A stretch of DNA of 64,000 nucleotides from Octopus bimaculoides (taxonomy: Eukaryota): positions 38,719,523-38,783,522 of the forward strand of contig NC_068982.1 in NCBI RefSeq assembly GCF_001194135.2. Reading direction: 5' to 3'. Below the pieces are notes generated by a model that saw only the letters and a list, made by a program, of their open reading frames with translations, did no database searches and was not told where the DNA came from. Below, piece by piece: positions 50,642 to 62,619 of this stretch. Numbering within the stretch: position 1 is the stretch's first letter; every line of letters begins with the position of its first letter. The position numbers and the translations under genes are program-made.

Positions 50642-51900
50642 TGTAGCGTACACTCGAGTGAAATTCCTCTCTCCCCTCTATTATATATATATGTGCATTC
50701 GAACGTAGCAGGTAACAGCAAGCATTTGGCCGCTATTTGGATCCCGTTGTGTCTACTACTCTGATTGGTTGGTACTGGCGCAATTTGACTCTTACTCGAT
50801 TACACCAAATGCCGCGTAAGTGCCGGTGTGATCTACAGCAACTTAAATCTAGACTAGCTTGTGATCTACATGCAAAATGTTGTTATAAATTTGCAATTAT
50901 AATTAGAGGAATGAGTTAAACATCTAAAAAATAAAATAAAAATTTCTATTGATTTTTATTTCATACTAGAAACATAAATACTGTGACTATTTGTATACAG
51001 CACGGATATCATTTAAAAATGCAATAAAGAGATTTTGTTTATTTGATCTTAGTCAGTGTAGATCACAAACTATACCAGAAACATATATGTAGATCACATA
51101 CTAACTACACCGGCACCGCCGCGTATAACTAAGATCACGTGGGACAACCTGTTCATGACCCCGTTTGAACCTACTGTTACTTATAAAAACTCACCTTCTC
51201 CTCCTTTCGAGGTCTTTCGGTTCCAGACCTTTTTAGGTCTAGCCACTGACCACAAAGACACAGCTAGTTTCAGCGACGACACCACAGCACTCACGTTGAG
51301 ACTTACCAACTTCGTCCAACAGCATTACGGCAACCTCTGTCTTCGTCGCCATTATCTTGTCTTTAACATCGTCAACATCATCTCTCTACGTACACAGCTC
51401 AGCAAGCAGCTTGCCCAGGTTCCAACACTTCATTGTTCGTGAATTACTTCACTATGGATCAACAACGAATATACAACCCGCAAAAATTACCTGTATCAAG
51501 TGACCCAGGCGGTAACATCACAGCCACGACTTCACGTACGACCTGTACCAGTAACCGGCTCAGCACCATGGCTGCAATTTCTCGATACAGTATTTCAACA
51601 ACCGTGTACTAGTGATTATGAACTGGTATTATTTATCTTACTTGTATCTATGAACTTCTCACTTCGATGGCTATAGACTCTTTCACTGTCTCCTTCTTCA
51701 TTGCCACTCTTATACGTTCTTAGCACGCGCATACATCTACGCTTACACGCACACATGCATTTGTTTTCATGACGGCCTGTCTATTATTCTGTATACATGA
51801 CGCACACACAGACATACATGTTATTATTTCAATAAATCCTCTCTTAATCATTATATGCGGTTGTTTCTCCTTTTTCTCTCTGGCACTTATATGTACCATT
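50642..51900 (+). mobile_element. LTR-like repeat, copy B (interrupted by a MITE)
   Basis: Same start, TATAAAA near 51182, AATAAA near 51832. Collinear with copy A apart from the 50819-51117 insertion. Confidence 0.55.
50819..51117. mobile_element. hAT-like MITE nested in LTR-like copy B
   Basis: TIR core GTGCCGGTGT/ACACCGGCAC, paired subterminal GTGATCTACA/TGTAGATCAC repeats, perfect 8-bp TSD gccgcgta. Copy A has a single gcagcgta at the equivalent site. Confidence 0.85.
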
Positions 51901-52020
51901 CAATTATATATTTATTGTATCGACCGTGTGATGTACTAAAGAGCCATTCTCGTCACCTCGCATCGCACGGTCCTTACAATTTATTTTCCCTCTACTTCGT
52001 TTTTCAATATTAATTTCTGT

Positions 52021-52230
52021 TAAGGCAGAGAGCTGGCAGAATCTTTAACACGCCGGGTAAAATGTTTAGCGGCATGTCGTCGATCGTTATGTTCCGAGTT
52101 CAATTCCGCCGAGGTCGACTTTACCTTTCATTCTTTCTGGGTCAATAAAATAAGCACCAGTTGAGCACTGAGGTCGATGTAATCGACTTATATCTTTCCC
52201 CGAAATTGCTGGCCTTGTGTCAAACTTTGA
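52021..52230 (+). mobile_element. SINE family A copy
   Basis: Family consensus. Confidence 0.8.
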
Positions 52231-52318
52231 GACCGATTTTTAATTTATGTTGTATATCTGCTTTTAAGTCTTTCTGCAGAGAAGACGCTGATGACCTGGA
52301 GTCGCCTCTGATGTGTGC

Positions 52319-52350
<32 letters not shown>

Positions 52351-53101
52351 NNNNNNNNNNNNNNNNNNNNNNNNNNNNNNNNNNNNNNNNNNNNNNNNNN
52401 NNNNNNNNNNNNNNNNNNNNNNNNNNNNNNNNNNNNNNNNNNNNNNNNNNNNNNNNNNNNNNNNNNNNNNNNNNNNNNNNNNNNNNNNNNNNNNNNNNNN
52501 NNNNNNNNNNNNNNNNNNNNNNNNNNNNNNNNNNNNNNNNNNNNNNNNNNNNNNNNNNNNNNNNNNNNNNNNNNNNNNNNNNNNNNNNNNNNNNNNNNNN
52601 NNNNNNNNNNNNNNNNNNNNNNNNNNNNNNNNNNNNNNNNNNNNNNNNNNNNNNNNNNNNNNNNNNNNNNNNNNNNNNNNNNNNNNNNNNNNNNNNNNNN
52701 NNNNNNNNNNNNNNNNNNNNNNNNNNNNNNNNNNNNNNNNNNNNNNNNNNNNNNNNNNNNNNNNNNNNNNNNNNNNNNNNNNNNNNNNNNNNNNNNNNNN
52801 NNNNNNNNNNNNNNNNNNNNNNNNNNNNNNNNNNNNNNNNNNNNNNNNNNNNNNNNNNNNNNNNNNNNNNNNNNNNNNNNNNNNNNNNNNNNNNNNNNNN
52901 NNNNNNNNNNNNNNNNNNNNNNNNNNNNNNNNNNNNNNNNNNNNNNNNNNNNNNNNNNNNNNNNNNNNNNNNNNNNNNNNNNNNNNNNNNNNNNNNNNNN
53001 NNNNNNNNNNNNNNNNNNNNNNNNNNNNNNNNNNNNNNNNNNNNNNNNNNNNNNNNNNNNNNNNNNNNNNNNNNNNNNNNNNNNNNNNNNNNNNNNNNNN
53101 N
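52351..53101. other. Assembly gap (N run) between (TA)n and (GATA)n
   Basis: N characters. Confidence 0.99.
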
Positions 53102-53722
53102 AGATAGATAGATAGATAGATAGATATACATACATACATGCTTACATACATATACATCACACGATGGGCTTCCTCGCAGTTTCCGTCTTCCGTCCACCAA
53201 ATTCCCTCATTAGTTGACCCAACGCTATAAAAGAAGACATTCGATGCTTTCCTTTGACAATTTTCCTCTGGTGGCAATGACGAAAAAGATTGTACGGTGG
53301 ACGAGAATGAAAGGATTGAAGACATACTTTTTTTTTCTTCAGCCAAACCCTCGTGGGCTCTTTTCTTTTCTTGTTTTTTTTTCCATAAAGATGTAGGTGA
53401 AGAATGAGAGTAGAGACGAAGGTGTTTTTTCTTTGATGAATTTGTTGAAAGGAGGATGAAACTGCCGATGACGGACCAGATAAATGAGCAAACTCCTGAT
53501 ACGTGCATGCAACTGGGAAAATACAACATGAGGCCTGAATCCCTGGAGCACTTTGACTGACCCTAAGTGGCTGCTACCTGTTGAAACATCTTCATTCCTT
53601 TCGTACCTTATTGCTTTCTATGCCTCTTTCTATTCCCATAATCGATTCTGCGCAAACCCCAGTGTTTTGACATTTGACCTTGTAATATCCTCCTATCAAT
53701 TTGCTGCCTTCTGTTAGATAAA

Positions 53723-53800
<78 letters not shown>

Positions 53801-53803
<3 letters not shown>

Positions 53804-53984
53804 TAGTTTTATTTTTATAACGTGCTTTCACTTCACTACCAAGCACAGCTCTGTGTGCCTTGGGTATGTGCTGTGGTTTGCTGTGATGCTCTTATGGTTA
53901 CTGTATTGAAAATGTTTTGCGTAGGATGTGTGCACTGCCCAGTAGTGCAATTTTCTGTATGTTATATATATTTGTAAGTCCTGG

Positions 53985-53986
<2 letters not shown>
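53801..53986 (-). mobile_element. 5'-truncated R4/Dong-like non-LTR retrotransposon flanked by (TAA)n on both sides
   Basis: Minus strand PGLTNIYNIQKIALLGSAHILRKTFSIQ* plus 3' UTR, nearly identical to 63657-63840. (ATT)n runs at 53723-53800 and 53987-54066. Confidence 0.85.
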
Positions 53987-54066
<80 letters not shown>

Positions 54067-54089
54067 TTATAGGTAAACTAATTCATGCG

Positions 54090-54900
54090 CATTTAACTCA
54101 GTAGAGATGTTATCTTGAAGTCTAGTGACGACAGGTCTCCTCAAATTTCAGTGATTGCAGTGTTTGTTTTTCTAGCCTTCCACGATCATAATCTGCTCAT
54201 TTAACTCAGTAGAGATGCTATCTTGAAGTCTGGTGGCAACAGGTTTCCTCAAATTTCAGTGATTGCAGTGTTCGTTCTTCTTACCTTCCGCGATCATATC
54301 TGATGTTCTTATTTCAAGAGTATCTTTATGGCAAAATACTATAAATTCCTCTAATTATTTAGCGTGATAACCTCTAGCTTGTTTTCAACTACTTTTTTGT
54401 CACTTCTTAGCCACAGACTTAGCTAACAACTCAGTGTACTATTTAATCGACACATAAATACTTGCATTTATACTCTTTTTTATGCAAGCTCTTATCTATC
54501 AGACTTTCGTTCCATTTTCCACACATTTTGTGTTTGTTGTGTGACTGAATTTTACCAATTTTTTCTGCATCAGATTCGTTCTAATGGCTTGTTCCTGAGT
54601 GGTTATACTAAGCTGTTGTGTTTCTTTTCAGGTTTTCATCTCGAGAACAGCCAGAATTTTTTTTTGTTACTTCTTCGCTGGTTGAATGAATTAACCATGT
54701 AATTCTTTCTCTTTCCAGTTAGTCATCCTTTTGTTCTTGCTATTCCTGAAACCTTTCACTGTTTCAATATTTTCAACATCAATAATGTCACAATGCTTGT
54801 TCTTCCTACCTTCCGTGATCATAACTGGTCTCCTTTCTTCCATAATGCGATCAATCTCTATGGAAAAATCACAAAGTTCTGTCATTATTCATCATAGTTG
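54090..54900 (-). mobile_element. Older R4/Dong-like LINE remnant (post-RT / zinc-knuckle / RLE region), with a 108-bp tandem duplication
   Basis: Minus-strand motifs NWKEKELHG, TQEQAIRTN, KMCGK..ES, KKEYKC, RT.DMI match RLE-type non-LTR ORFs. Confidence 0.65.
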
Positions 54901-55449
54901 TATCTGGCTCTTGTTTAGCTCTAACTCGTGTCCACAATGAGAACTGTTACCTGAAACTACAGATATTTCTAACTGAAGATAAGTGCCTTTTGTTACCATG
55001 CATAGCATAATTTTTCAAACTCATGCTATCCCACTTATAGTGTCTTCAATATTTAGACGCCCACCTCCAATTATGACGGTGTTAATTCTGTCATCGGTGT
55101 CGCTCTAGCTGTTACTTCTTCGAAGATGGCCAGCGTAGAAAATTAATGCGGCGCAACAGCTTAGTAGAGCCACTCAGGAACATGAACAACAGGAACGGAG
55201 AAAGTGGGATACTGAAGTATCGAACGGTTTCCTACCTGTCAGCCAGAGTCTTCCAGTGATTCCAAGCAGTTATTTTAACCTATCTTGTTGCGACGATGAG
55301 GTAGAAATGAAACTCTGAGAAAGAAAAGCGATCAGAAACAGAAAGGAGAAGTAAAGGAAAAGATGGGGACGGGGAGAAAAGAAAAAGGAAAATGAATAAG
55401 TCCAGACCAAAGACAATTAAAATGCTGGAATTTCTTCGTGGAAAAATGG

Positions 55450-57060
55450 CTGTCTATCGCAGTGTCTGATGTTCCTGGTTTTTCAAGGAATAACAAGAAC
55501 CGGTCGAACAGCTGCGAAACATAGTGAAGAAAAATGTCTGTGCCAGTTGAGCACGAGTTAGGTTACTACTATGACCCAAAATGGTAGGCTGTGGTGAAAA
55601 ACCACACCAGGAGTTAACGGAGTACACTTCAGGCAATGTAGGAGACTTGGCAGTCCTTAGCCAAAGCCGAACATGAATGTTAACATCTGAATTTGGAAGA
55701 TCTAAGTTACAGTCATGACGGAGCAATTATTGCTCCGTCATGATCGGTGTGTGAGTTAAACTGATCCCCCCTCCAAAGCGGTTAATAATTTTTTCGTATG
55801 GCGCTGCTTCTGTTTGGTCCTGTACATGCACATATCCAAATATTTTGTAGCCCTTCTGTATAACATGTTTTGGACCTTGAGGCTAATAAAGAAATAATAA
55901 TCATAATTATAACTATATTGTATTTGAATTTATGTGAACGTATGCGTGTAATTAAGCACCCTCTTAGAAGGAATTTTACCCAGGATTACTTATTGGAAAA
56001 AAAAGATTTTTGTTTCTGTTTTACTAACAAACGAATTTCGTATCATTTAAAGATCTTTCATACATTTTGTCGAGTAGAAGAAAGCTGTATCCTAGTCATG
56101 TTATTCATGTTTCAAAATGACCGTATCTGTGGTTGTGGGAGGCACTAGTCATAATAGTAGCAATATTAGTGGTGAAAATTTATACGTCTCCATCTTCAAA
56201 AATAAACTTTAAATTTATACGTCTCCATTCTTATTCAAAAATAAACTTTAAAAACAAATATGGCAGAGTTTCAAGCACAAACAATTACAGTTACGCATAC
56301 AACACAACACTGAGTTGAAAATGTTAATTTAAATAGCAAAAACAGTATAAAACAGTAAGGAGAATACAATACCACAACCAACAACTTATCTTTTGCTTTC
56401 TTTCGCGTGTCATATGGAGGTACTGGATATGAGCCAGCGTCAGGGGAAAAAATGGAAAATATGCGGACGAGGTATATTGGTATATTGCAAAGGTGAGTAC
56501 TTCCTTGCCTGAAGTTTTTACTCAGAAAGAAAAGGAAAGGAGGAAAGTGATGTAATTCTATTTTACAAAGCTTTCCATATGTCCTCGAAAGGACATATAG
56601 CCAAAGACCTCGATCAAATATTCCAACCCACCTTTTTGCGGAGGTGAAAAGGAGGAAAATAGAAAACTGACGAGGGGAGTAGAAAGAGAAATAAAGAGCG
56701 GTGGGGCTCTGATTAAAAACAAGTGCAGTACTGGATTTCTGTCAGCGCCTAAATGTCATGATTCTCCAAAGAGATAACGAGAACCTAATAGTTCTGCTGA
56801 AAAAGTTAATATTGTGCTGACTGAAAGGGTGATAGTGGAAGAAAACTATGAACCTCGAGACGACAAATTGTTGGTGAAAACAACACCTGAAGTTAAGGGA
56901 CACCACACCGGAGAATCAGTAAATGCCCTAAGATGTTCATGGGTGATATAGAAGACCCAAGCTGCTGCAGCGACTGGGTAAATAGTACCTGGAGAGGAAA
57001 ATATTCTGATTCGTATGATGTTCTGATCCTCCCTTAGTGTCAGTTTCTGATTATTTAGAA
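55450..57060 (-). mobile_element. Possible decayed CR1/Zenon-like LINE remnant
   Basis: Weak similarity only (RSCSTGSCYSLK resembles SCPTGSRSFWSLAK); GC-richer, pyrimidine-rich minus strand. Confidence 0.25.
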
Positions 57061-57279
57061 AGTGGGTGCTATTATTAGTTAACTAAAGGTTTAAGTTGGC
57101 TTCCATGGTACATTGCGCATTGTCACAAATTCCCTGTTTATTACAATATGTACATCGTCATATGTTTAATTACCCTTCTGTCTGAAACGACTTGGCTATG
57201 TTTTGGTTCTTCTGGTCAATAATGAAATAATAATTATAACAATACTTCGAAAATGTGCAAGACCACTTCATTGGAAGGG

Positions 57280-59700
57280 AGACAAGCTAGCAGAACTGTT
57301 AGAAGGTCGGGAAAAGGCTTTGCGATATTTGTTTTGGTTCTTTACCTTCTGAGTTCAAATCCCACCAAGGTCAACTTTACCTTTTATCCTTTCGGGGCTG
57401 AAAGTACCAGTCAACTGCTGGTGTCGATGTATTCGACTAGCCCTTCCGCTCAAAATTGCTGGCCTTGTGCTAAAAGGAAACTATTATCATCACGAACATC
57501 ATCATCATCAAAAGAAATCATCATCATCATTATCATTATTATGAAGGTAGCGAGCTGGTAGAATCGTTAGTACGCCGGACAAAATGCTTAGCGGCATTTC
57601 GTCCGTCTTTACGTTCTGAGTTCAAATTCCTCTGAGGTCGACTTTACCTTTCATCCTATGAGGTCGATAAAATAAGGACCACTTAAACACTGGGCTCGAT
57701 GTAATCGATTAACCCCTCCTGCCAAATTTCAGTCCTTGTGCCTATAATAGAAATGACTATTTTTATTATGAGGGCTGCGAGCTGGTGGAATCGTTAGTCG
57801 ACCTCGGCGGAATTTGAACCCAGAATGTAAAGACAGACAAAATACCGCTAAGCATTTCGCTCGGCGTGCTAACGTTTCTTATTTCTTTATTGCCCACAAG
57901 GGGCTAAACATAGACGGGACAAACAAGGACAGACAAAGGGATTAAGTCGATTACATCGACCCCAGTGCGTAACTGGTACTTAATTTATCAACCCCGAAAG
58001 AATGAAAGGCAAAGTCGATCTCGGCGGAATTTGAACTCAGAACCTAACGGCAGACGAAATACCGCTAGACATTTCGCCCGGCGTGCTAACGTTTCTGCCA
58101 GCTCGCCGCCTTAATAGAAAGGATTATTATTGTTATCATGGCAGCGCGCTGGCAGGATCGTTAGCACGATGCTTAGTGGCATTTCGTTCGTTCGTCTTTT
58201 CGTTCTGATTTCTTATTCCACCGAGGTCGACTTGGCATTTCGATAAAATAAGTACCAGCTGAACATTGGAGGTCGATGTATTCAACTAGCCCCTCCCCTC
58301 AAAATGTTGGGCTTGTTGTTGGCACTCCGTCGCTTACGACCTCGAAGGTTCCAGTTGATCCGATCAACGGAACAGCCTGCTCGTGAAATTAACGTGCAAG
58401 TGGCTGAGCACTCCACAGACACGTGTACCCTTAACGTAGTTCTCGGGGATATTCAACGTGACACAGTGTGACAAGGCTGACCCTTTGAATTACAGGAACA
58501 ACAGAAACAGGAAGTAAGAGTGAGAGAAAGTTGTGGTGGAAGAGTACAGCAGGGTTCGCCACCATCCCCTGTCGGAGCCTCGTGGAGCTTTAGGTGTTTT
58601 TGCTTAATAAACACTCACAACGCCCGGTATGGGAATCGAAATCGCGATCCTGTGACCGCGAGTTCGCTGCCCTAACCACTGGGCCATTGCGCCGCCACAT
58701 AGTTAGTATTAAGTAATAGTGATAGAACATCCTTTTAAGTTATTAGTTCAATCCCTAAGTGAGTTTGACGTCGTTTTTGATCCTGTTGGAAGTTCATAAT
58801 ATCTGGAGTCGATTCACTCCGCTCCACTTCTTCGCCAACTATTTTTGGTTTTGTACAAGTAGCGTACAGATCATAATAACTAATCGTAGATGTATTTGTT
58901 AAGTGCTTTCGAGTTTTGGTTTCAAAATCTGCCATGGATCAAAATTTCCTTTTATTTCAGAGACGGTAGTGATGGTGGTGGTGTTGTGTTGGTTTGGTGG
59001 TTGGGCATTCAAATACGCGCTTTCCACAACCTTGTTTTAACTTAGCTACACCGACAAACGGGGTCTTATGCCAATATTACGTAATGATGGTAATAATTAT
59101 TTCTACAATTGGCATAATGTCAGTGTTTGGTTGGTGCTTGTTTCAACGACTCCGAAAGGATGAAAGGGAAACTCGATCTCGGCGGAATTTAAACTTACAA
59201 CACAGAGACGGACGAAACGCCGCTAAGCATTTTGTCCTGCGCGCTAACCAGTCTGCCAGTTTACCGCCTTGTAAGACAATAATAATAATTTCGAATTTTG
59301 GCACTAGGCGAGCAATTTCGGGGAGGCGTAAGTCGATTACACCGACTCCAGTGTTCAACTGGGACTTACTTCATCAACTCCGAAAGGATGAAAGGCAGAG
59401 TCGACTTCGGCAGAATTTGAACTTTGGACGTAGAGACGGACAAAATGCCGATAAGCATTTTGCCCGGCGCGCTAACAATTCTTTTCTACTCTAGATACAA
59501 GGTCCGAAAGTTTTGGGGGAAAGGGCCAAATTAGATGTACTTTAGTACACAACTGGTACTAAATTTATCGACCCCCGAAAGGACGAAAAGCAACATTGAC
59601 CACTGCGGAATTTGAACTCAGAACGTAAAGACAGACGAAATATTGCTAAGCATTTCGCCCTGCGTACTAACGTTCCTGCCAGCTCGCCGCCTTATAAGAC
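57280..59700. mobile_element. Dense cluster of SINE family A copies in both orientations, with one family D insertion
   Basis: Repeated gttagc...ttctgagttcaaattcc...gaggtcgact...gtcgatgtaatcga units on the + strand (~57280-57790, ~58140-58310) and the - strand (~57790-58110, ~58990-59700). Confidence 0.85.
58313..58698 (-). mobile_element. SINE family D copy inserted into the 3' end of a family A SINE
   Basis: Near-identical to 48861-49247. Confidence 0.85.
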
Positions 59701-59727
59701 TATGATAAGGGTTTCCTTTTACAAGAC

Positions 59728-59793
<66 letters not shown>

Positions 59794-59835
59794 TATCGTC
59801 GTCATTCTTGCTTTCGCCATCACCATTATCATACC

Positions 59836-59880
<45 letters not shown>

Positions 59881-59885
59881 AATAG
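59728..59885. repeat. (AAT)n and (GAT)n microsatellites
   Basis: Direct reading. Confidence 0.95.
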
Positions 59886-60469
59886 TAATGATAACGTTGT
59901 CGTTGATTTTTTAATGTTGTTTGCTGCTGCTGCTGTTGTAGTAGTTTATTCCCTCCGTTCGAATAGTTTTACCCGAATTTTCCACCTCATGCTGAATATA
60001 GCATCGCCAAGAAGAAGTTGGGTAGCCTTATATGTAAATGTCCCGGCGAACACGCATTGCGGTGCCTGTAGACTTACAAGAGAATACGTAATGAAATGTA
60101 ATGGCAAGACGTAGGGGAGGGGTGAGAAGACTTCATTGAATGCTTGCTCATGTCATGTTCACCCCTTTTGTATCCGGTTACGTGAACCCATATAATATGA
60201 AAGGGAGTACCAGAAAAATACAGGCAGCCTATTGAAGAAAAAAAAACCAAAAAACCTTTTCATGTGTATGCAACTGGTAAAACGGGTAGAGGGATTTAGA
60301 GCAAGAGAAATGGGTGTTCCCCTTTCGTAAGCTTAGAAATAAGTGCTTGGTTCCGCTTAGATCGACGCCTTATCGGAGGCCATATAAATGTGAGAATATA
60401 TATTAGGATTTCACCTGCAATACATGTTCACTCGAGCCGACTATACATGTCGCTGTGTGCACGTGCTTG

Positions 60470-60648
60470 CATGCATGTATGTATGCCTGTATTTCTGAGC
60501 GTGTATGCATGTATGCATGTATGTATGTATGTATGTATGTATGTATGTATGTATGTATGTATGCATGTTTGTGTGTGAACGAGTATGCATGCATATATGT
60601 GTATATGTATGTATACTATGCCTGTCTGTATGTAGAGCNNNNNNNNNN

Positions 60649-60699
<51 letters not shown>

Positions 60700-60798
60700 A
60701 CACACACACACGTACACACATGTGCGCTTGTATGTGTGTGTGTACGTGTGTTGATATTGATGTTGATATTTATATTCAACATTACTACATTAACTATA

Positions 60799-60882
<84 letters not shown>

Positions 60883-60892
60883 NNNNNNNNNN

Positions 60893-60960
<68 letters not shown>
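60470..60960. repeat. Compound (TATG)n/(CA)n/(TA)n/(TG)n microsatellite block with two 10-N gaps
   Basis: Direct reading. Confidence 0.95.
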
Positions 60961-60963
<3 letters not shown>

Positions 60964-61165
60964 TTTAGAATAGGGGCAGCTGATGAAGGAAACATTCTCT
61001 ATGTGGCCTGTTTGTTTTATGTGCTCTGTTTATGTTCTGTTTTTCATTTTGTTCACGTTTTTTTGTGACGTCCTGTACCCAGATATGCATCTATATATAC
61101 ATGTAGATGTAGGTATGTACATACATGTACGTATATATGCATATACTCACATATTATTTGTATTA

Positions 61166-61208
<43 letters not shown>

Positions 61209-61386
61209 AGTTTTTCTTGTCATCTGAGTTGAAGAGAATTAACTAAGGAGGTTTAACAGTACCGAAACATTTGCAGTTATAAATCAGGTGCACTTTAACA
61301 TGTAGTGTGTATATTGTTCAAACCGATCTGTTAGCGAATCTCATCTCTTTCACTCGCTATTTTTAGATTTTAGAAAACCTCTAGAG

Positions 61387-61765
61387 CAGTGATTCCCAAG
61401 GTGGGGCGTACGCCCCACTGGTGGGGCCTGAGAAAATTCAGGTGGGGCGCGGGGCATAGACGTGGGCTGTATGCATCAGGCACAGGGTTCTCACTAAATT
61501 AGTCGAGCTGACCGTCAAATAATTGAACTGAAAAAACGTGTTTCTTTATTCTTTATAAATTGACATTTTTTAAAAACATGAGAAATCGTAATAATTTTAT
61601 CGATTTATTGGGTGTTATGCACTTTCAGTGCCTGCTGTTTCAATTCTCAAGCTATTTTTTTGTATTTTGAATACAATTTTTTAATTTTTGATTTTTTTCA
61701 ATTGTAAGTAGGCCCACATGTACTTGTAAATGTGAGTGGACATGGGAAAAGGTGGGGCGTAAAAA
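61387..61765. mobile_element. hAT (Charlie-like) MITE, left part; right end lost in the gap
   Basis: ctctagag|CAGTGATTCCCAAGGTGGGGCG left end (TCTAGA-type target). No right TIR visible. Confidence 0.55.
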
Positions 61766-61974
61766 NNNNNNNNNNNNNNNNNNNNNNNNNNNNNNNNNNN
61801 NNNNNNNNNNNNNNNNNNNNNNNNNNNNNNNNNNNNNNNNNNNNNNNNNNNNNNNNNNNNNNNNNNNNNNNNNNNNNNNNNNNNNNNNNNNNNNNNNNNN
61901 NNNNNNNNNNNNNNNNNNNNNNNNNNNNNNNNNNNNNNNNNNNNNNNNNNNNNNNNNNNNNNNNNNNNNNNNNN
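61766..61974. other. Assembly gap (N run)
   Basis: N characters. Confidence 0.99.
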
Positions 61975-62353
61975 GTATGTATGTATGTATGTATGTATGT
62001 ATGTATGCATATACGTATGCATGTGTGCGTAAGTATACATCATACATGTTATCATTTAAGCTTGTATGTTTGTATGTATGTATGTAAGTATGTATGTATA
62101 AACTTTTATTTATTTATTTATATAGTTATTTATTTATAATTTCTAAGGGATTTTTTAAAAGGGATATTAATTGGTGCACATTTATAAACAATACTTCGAA
62201 GATAAAAATAATGAATTCCCAAGTGGTAATCAAACAGATTCTGCTGACTAAAATATATGTGCGTGTGTGTGTGTGTGTGTGAGAGTGTCTGTATGTATAT
62301 ATTTATATATATATGTGTATCTGTGTGTACGTGTATATATATGTATAGTGAGA

Positions 62354-62404
<51 letters not shown>

Positions 62405-62583
62405 GGAGACGTCGCATCCATCAAGTATATATGCCATCACTTACACTGAACTTGGCGCAACCGACTCCCCCACCATCCAGATGTAACTGTCGACCCCCTG
62501 CAGATTACCCCCTGGATGGCAATGCATACATTTTGCGTGTACATGTGCGCGCGCGCGCGACTCCATCCATCTGTGCATTCATT

Positions 62584-62619
<36 letters not shown>

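Noticed and set aside
38095-51900. Intact LTR retrotransposon, or a duplicated small protein gene
   Set aside because: The repeats are inverted rather than direct, no gag/pol lies between them, and the reading frame after the shared ATG is frameshifted between copies.
60978-61010. Hammerhead ribozyme (CTGATGA core; similar at 8457, 44110, 52288)
   Set aside because: No GAAA core after a stem II in any of these. At most decayed relics.
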